From positions 11,936 through 75,935 of the forward strand of contig JAQTSC010000002.1 of NCBI GenBank assembly GCA_028711505.1: a stretch of DNA of 64,000 nt, given 5' to 3'. Positions 59,891 to 64,000 of this stretch are shown here, piece by piece; positions within the stretch are counted from its first letter, which is position 1, and each line of letters begins with the position of its first letter. The translations under genes and the position numbers were made by a program. Source of the DNA: Minisyncoccota bacterium (GTDB taxonomy: Bacteria > Patescibacteriota > Minisyncoccia > JAHISW01 > Tagabacteraceae). The notes under the pieces were generated by a model. It made no database searches. It was not told where the DNA came from and saw nothing but the letters and a program-made list of their open reading frames with translations.

Positions 59891-61171
59891 ATGCCAATAA
59901 AACCGACAAAAAAAGAACCGGTGCAAAAAGCCAAGGGCATGCACGATATTCTGCCCAAAGAATATCTTTTAAGAAAAAAATTTGTTGAAAAAGCGGCGGC
60001 AATCGCCTTTTTTTACGGATTTAAACCCGTACGCACGCCCATACTCGAAAAAGAGGAGCTTTTTACGACAACACTCGGAGAGACAACCGATATCGTTGAA
60101 AAAGAAATGTATAATCTCAAAACCAAAGGCGGCGACAAACTTGTTCTAAGGCCCGAAGGTACGGCTCCCATGACGCGCCTTTACATTGAACACGGACTCC
60201 ACACCAAACCTCAGCCGGTAATGCTTTACTACGAAGGTTCTTTCTTTAGGCACGAAAATCCTCAAAAAGGAAGACGCAGAGAATTTGAACAGCTGGGGCT
60301 TGAGATACTCGGAGAAACAGACCCGATCACGGACGCGACAATTATAAAAACATTTCTCGTGATACTTGAAGAAGCGGCGGGGTTAAAACCGATAACTCTC
60401 CGCATCAATTCCGTAGGATGCAAAAACTGCAGAAAAGCTTATCTAAAAGAACTTACAACCTATTTACGCAAAAAATCTTCGTATTTATGCAAAAATTGCA
60501 ACCGCCGCATCAAAACAAACCCTCTCCGAATTTTAGACTGCAAAGAAGAAAGCTGCGCGAAAATAAAAGAAGAAGCTCCTCAGATCATAAATTACCTGTG
60601 CGATCCGTGTAAAAATCATTTTAAAGAAACGCTTGAGGTGCTTGATTCGTCCGAAATCCCCTACTACATCGACCACTATCTTGTTCGCGGGCTTGATTAC
60701 TATTCCAGAACCGCTTTTGAACTTACGATTGAAGACGACTCCCTGGTGCTTGTCGGAGGCGGACGCTATGATTCACTGGCAAAGATGCTTGGCGGCAAGG
60801 ATATTCCCGCAGTCGGCGCCGCTTTGGGCGTTGACCGCGTAATCGAAAAAATGAAAGAAAAAGGAAAAGACGACCTGGAAAAGAAAAAACCGAAAGTATT
60901 TTTCATCCAGCTTGGAAACGAAGCGAAATTCAAAAGCTTAAAGATCCTGGAAATCCTAAGAAAAGCAAAAATACCGGTAAGGCATTCTTTAACCAAAAAC
61001 AGCATGAGAGGACAGTTGAACCTGGCGGGAAAAACAAAAGCTCCCTACGCGCTGATATTCGGGCAAAAAGAATCTTTAGACAATTCCATAATCGTCAAAA
61101 ATGTGGAAACAGCGTCTCAGGAAACGGTGCCGCTTTCCAATCTCGCCGAATACTTAAAAAAGAAGCTATGA
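59891..61171 (+). CDS. hisS: histidine--tRNA ligase (with Cys-rich zinc-ribbon-like insertion)
   Basis: Class II motifs 1-3 (…LRPEGTAP…; …FRHENPQKGRRREF…; …GGGRYD…), a C-terminal anticodon-binding domain, and an inserted 'CKNCRK…CKNCNRR…CKEESC…CDPCKNH' segment. Confidence 0.9.
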   Translation: MPIKPTKKEPVQKAKGMHDILPKEYLLRKKFVEKAAAIAFFYGFKPVRTPILEKEELFTTTLGETTDIVEKEMYNLKTKGGDKLVLRPEGTAPMTRLYIEHGLHTKPQPVMLYYEGSFFRHENPQKGRRREFEQLGLEILGETDPITDATIIKTFLVILEEAAGLKPITLRINSVGCKNCRKAYLKELTTYLRKKSSYLCKNCNRRIKTNPLRILDCKEESCAKIKEEAPQIINYLCDPCKNHFKETLEVLDSSEIPYYIDHYLVRGLDYYSRTAFELTIEDDSLVLVGGGRYDSLAKMLGGKDIPAVGAALGVDRVIEKMKEKGKDDLEKKKPKVFFIQLGNEAKFKSLKILEILRKAKIPVRHSLTKNSMRGQLNLAGKTKAPYALIFGQKESLDNSIIVKNVETASQETVPLSNLAEYLKKKL

Positions 61172-61536
61172 CAGACTGCGTTTTCTGCAAAATCTTAAAC
61201 GGAGAGATAAAAACGGAATTCCTTTACAAAGACGACATGGTTTCGGCGTTTAAAGACGCGAAACCAATGGCGCCCGCTCACGTTTTGATAATTCCAAACC
61301 GGCATATTGAAACAATCGACGACCTAGAAAAAACGGACGAGCCCGTCGCCGGACGGATGATAATGGCCGCGCAAAAAATCGCCAGGGATTTGAACATTTC
61401 AGAAAAAGGATATAAACTTCTTTTCAGGGTTAAAAAACACGGAGGGCAGGAAGTAAACCATATTCATCTTCATCTTGTGGGAGGCGCTCCCCTCTCCGAA
61501 AATATACACCCGATAGGCGTTAATTTTAAAAATTAA
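61168..61536 (+). CDS. HIT-family (histidine triad) nucleotide hydrolase
   Basis: 'CVFCKI', 'APAHVLIIP', and the histidine triad 'HIHLHLVGG'. Confidence 0.85.
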   Translation: MTDCVFCKILNGEIKTEFLYKDDMVSAFKDAKPMAPAHVLIIPNRHIETIDDLEKTDEPVAGRMIMAAQKIARDLNISEKGYKLLFRVKKHGGQEVNHIHLHLVGGAPLSENIHPIGVNFKN

Positions 61537-61554
61537 AACAATAACCAATCAATA

Positions 61555-61794
61555 ATGGTCCAAGTCACAAAAAAGAAAAAAGAAACCACGGTGAGTTTGC
61601 TAAAAAGATTCAGCCGGAAGATGAAACAGTCGGGAGTTATTTCGAAATTCAAAAATCGCCAATTTAAGACAAGGGCGAAATCGGCGCTGAAGAAAAAAGA
61701 AGAAGCGCTGAAAAGAATGGCGCGCGCGAAAAAAATGGAAAAACTTTTCAAACTCGGGAAAATAAAACCGACGGCATATTCTCATAAATCATGA
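61555..61794 (+). CDS. rpsU: 30S ribosomal protein S21
   Basis: 79-aa, highly basic, 'LKRFSRKMKQSGV...FKTRAKSALKKKEEAL'. Conserved neighbourhood with yqeY and ybeY. Confidence 0.7.
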   Translation: MVQVTKKKKETTVSLLKRFSRKMKQSGVISKFKNRQFKTRAKSALKKKEEALKRMARAKKMEKLFKLGKIKPTAYSHKS

Positions 61795-62264
61795 ATCTCA
61801 AAGAAAAAATAAAGGAAGAACTCAAAAACGGGATGAGAGAGAAAAACGAAGTAAAAGTCTCCGTAATGAAGATGCTTCTTTCGTCCATAAACAATAAAGA
61901 AATAGAACTCAAACAGAAAGAAACCGGAATAAGCGAAGAAAAAATGATAGAAGCAGTAAGGGCGGAAGCGAAAAAGCGGCGCGACGCGGCCGCGGCTTAC
62001 ACTGAAGCGAAACGCGACGATTTGGCCCGGAAAGAAAAAGAAGAAAATTTAATCATAGAAGCTCTTCTTCCCGAAGAACTTCCTCTTGAAGAAATTGAAA
62101 AAATAGCGAAAGAAGCCGTGGCGGAATCAAAAGCCGAATCTATTAAAGATTTCGGTCAAGCGATGAAAGTCGCCATGCAAAAAATCAAAGGCCGCGCGTC
62201 CGGCGACAAAGTGGGAGCCGCGATAAAAAAAGCTCTTGAAAATTCCGGCTGCGTCCAATGTTAA
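61791..62264 (+). CDS. yqeY: GatB/YqeY-domain protein
   Basis: YqeY/GatB C-terminal-like helical domain. Start overlaps the rpsU stop. Confidence 0.75.
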   Translation: MNLKEKIKEELKNGMREKNEVKVSVMKMLLSSINNKEIELKQKETGISEEKMIEAVRAEAKKRRDAAAAYTEAKRDDLARKEKEENLIIEALLPEELPLEEIEKIAKEAVAESKAESIKDFGQAMKVAMQKIKGRASGDKVGAAIKKALENSGCVQC

Positions 62265-62608
62265 ACTTAGTCAATTTGACAAAAAAAAGAAGGCCGGCTT
62301 TGCCCTGGGAAAAAATCAAAGACATGGTCCTCGGCAAAAAATATTCGCTCAGTGTAATTTTGGCGGAAAATAAGCTCATGTCCAAATTCAACCGGGTTTA
62401 TCGGAACAAAAAAACCCCGGCAGACACACTATCGTTTATAATAAACAAAGGATACGGGGAGATTTTTCTAAACTCAAAAAATACTCACAAAAAAGCTCTT
62501 TCCCTCTTTGTCCACTCCCTTCTCCACCTGAAAGGGATGGAACACGGAGAAAAAATGGAAAAAACAGAACAAAAATATTTCAAAAAAATCTGCGAAGAGT
62601 TAAAATAA
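62258..62608 (+). CDS. ybeY: rRNA maturation endoribonuclease YbeY
   Basis: Zinc-binding 'HSLLHLKGMEH' (HxxxHxxGxxH) motif. ~116 aa. Confidence 0.7.
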   Translation: MLNLVNLTKKRRPALPWEKIKDMVLGKKYSLSVILAENKLMSKFNRVYRNKKTPADTLSFIINKGYGEIFLNSKNTHKKALSLFVHSLLHLKGMEHGEKMEKTEQKYFKKICEELK

Positions 62609-62631
62609 AGTCATAAGCAAAACAGTATTTT

Positions 62632-63810
62632 ATGGCGCGGGATATCATAATGGGAATAGATATCGGCACATCGTCGATTAAGACGGCGATAGCCGAAAAA
62701 AGAAAAAACGAAACTCTTCCTTACATACTTGGGACGGGCTCAAGCCCAAGCTTGGGGCTCAGAAAAGGCTACATAATAGACAGCCGCGAAGTAGGAGCGG
62801 CAATAAAAGATTCTCTAAAAAAAGCCAGAGAAAACACGGGCATAAGCATCAAGCAGGCATATGTTTCGGTCGGAGGAGCGGGAATTGACGCCGTAAGGTC
62901 AAAAGGCTCAATCGCCGTTTCCAGAGCCGACCACGAAATCAGCGATGCGGACGTAAAAAGATCTTTAAGCCAGTGCGAAACTCAGCTGCGCAGAACTTCT
63001 TCTTCCTACCTTCTAAACAGAGACATAATCCATGTCTTCCCTATCGCCTATAAAATAGACGACGAACCGGTTATGGGAAATCCCGTTGGAATGAGAGGAG
63101 AAAAACTTGAAGTTGATGCTCTTTTTATAACGATTTTATCCCAGCATTTAAGCGGTCTTGAAAAAAGCCTTGAAATTGCCGGAATCTCCATTGAAGACGT
63201 AGTTGTTGATTCTTGGGCAACAAGCCACGCTCTTTTGGGCAAAAAGGATAAAGAAGTCGGATGCATTCTCGTAAACATAGGGGGCGATACCTCTTCCTTA
63301 ATGGTCTTTGAAGAAGGCGGCCCTATTTCCCACGAAATTCTACCCATTGGTTCAAATCACATAACATACGACATCGCGCAGGCATTCCAGGTGGGCTTAA
63401 ACGAAGCGGAAGAATTTAAACTTTCTTACGGAAAAGACATAGCCATCAAAAAAAAGCTGGCAAGCGTAATAGAACCGCGTCTTAAAGATATTTTTGAATT
63501 TGTTGAAAATCATCTTGATAAAATAAAAAGAGCTAAACTTCTTCCGGGGGGAATAATTCTGACCGGCGGCGGTTCAAAGCTTGAAGGAATAGACGAGATT
63601 GCAAAAAAATCACTGCAGCTTCCGGTAAAAATATGCAGAGGAGAATTTCCGGGCGCGCCGAAGGGTTCGCACGCCGACCCGTCATGGTCGGTTGCTCTCG
63701 GCCTCTGCCTTATCGGAGCAAACGAAAGTAATATCCCATCTTTCGGACAAGACATCATGTCCAAACCGAAAGGAAAAATCGCTCAATTTTTCAAAAATTT
63801 TATACCTTAA
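62632..63810 (+). CDS. ftsA: cell division protein FtsA
   Basis: Actin-like fold: 'GIDIGTSSIKTAI', 'LVNIGGDTSSL', 'ILTGGGSKLEGI'. Immediately upstream of ftsZ. Confidence 0.85.
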   Translation: MARDIIMGIDIGTSSIKTAIAEKRKNETLPYILGTGSSPSLGLRKGYIIDSREVGAAIKDSLKKARENTGISIKQAYVSVGGAGIDAVRSKGSIAVSRADHEISDADVKRSLSQCETQLRRTSSSYLLNRDIIHVFPIAYKIDDEPVMGNPVGMRGEKLEVDALFITILSQHLSGLEKSLEIAGISIEDVVVDSWATSHALLGKKDKEVGCILVNIGGDTSSLMVFEEGGPISHEILPIGSNHITYDIAQAFQVGLNEAEEFKLSYGKDIAIKKKLASVIEPRLKDIFEFVENHLDKIKRAKLLPGGIILTGGGSKLEGIDEIAKKSLQLPVKICRGEFPGAPKGSHADPSWSVALGLCLIGANESNIPSFGQDIMSKPKGKIAQFFKNFIP

Positions 63811-63914
63811 AAAACAGCGTTTTTTGCAAGAAAAAAGTTGACCACTTCAAGCAATTCTATTCTGATAAAACTCCCGTTGACAATAACGGGAGTTTTATCT
63901 AATTTTTATATATC

Positions 63915-64000
63915 ATGACTCGAGTTCAACCAGACGTAGAAGCATTCGCCAGAATAAAGGTTTTAGGCATTGGCGGTTCGGGCGCGAATACCGTTGACCA
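63915..64000 (+). CDS. ftsZ: cell division protein FtsZ, 3'-truncated at window edge
   Basis: N-terminus '...IKVLGIGGSGANTVD' (tubulin GTP-binding loop T1). Confidence 0.7.
   Translation, partial: MTRVQPDVEAFARIKVLGIGGSGANTVD

Overview
This window looks like an AT-rich (~40% GC), gene-dense fragment from a small-genome bacterium, with hallmarks of Candidate Phyla Radiation / Patescibacteria; that lineage call is an inference. The hallmarks are a short IF-2, a short S1 protein, a split transketolase, many type IV pilus genes, and scattered tRNAs. Everything here was read by eye from the sequence and from motifs in the supplied ORF translations; no search or folding program was run.

Recognisable housekeeping content:
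- rpsF-ssb-rpsR operon and a convergent recA.
- ftsK, a minimal S41 peptidase, a PfkB kinase, a split transketolase plus rpe, and an NlpC/P60 peptidase.
- gatCA, ligA, recG, ftsH, infB-rbfA, gyrA, an rpsA-like S1 protein, pth, lepB, hisS, a HIT protein, rpsU-yqeY-ybeY, ftsA and the start of ftsZ.
- Thirteen tRNAs, including a four-gene tRNA cluster. Two carry unusual anticodons: Ile-UAU and Arg-GCG.

Regions worth a second look:
- A complete competence-type type IV pilus locus at 17.4-27.0 kb: pilD, pilA, pilC, pilT, a CheY-like receiver, pilB, pilM/N/O-like genes, and comFC.
- A second pilus-related locus at 29.4-34.9 kb. Four minor-pilin-like genes sit downstream of two tandemly duplicated large secreted proteins. 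These have SENIGW-type repeats and a C-terminal PKD-like domain, and differ by a LamG/ConA-like lectin-domain insertion. Each copy carries its own duplicated terminator, and the two copies show mosaic identity.
- Two tandem pilin genes at 6.7-8.0 kb whose first ~97 codons are nucleotide-identical but whose Cys-rich C-termini differ.
- An array of five divergent small two-TM, VirB2/TrbC-like proteins at 48.3-50.3 kb, convergent with an uncharacterised two-gene operon that has a strong promoter.
- A ~1.5 kb GC-rich island (57.6-59.1 kb) with two unknown ORFs.
- A GC-rich, highly structured ~165-nt candidate ncRNA between gatC and ligA.

No rRNA, CRISPR array or transposase was seen.
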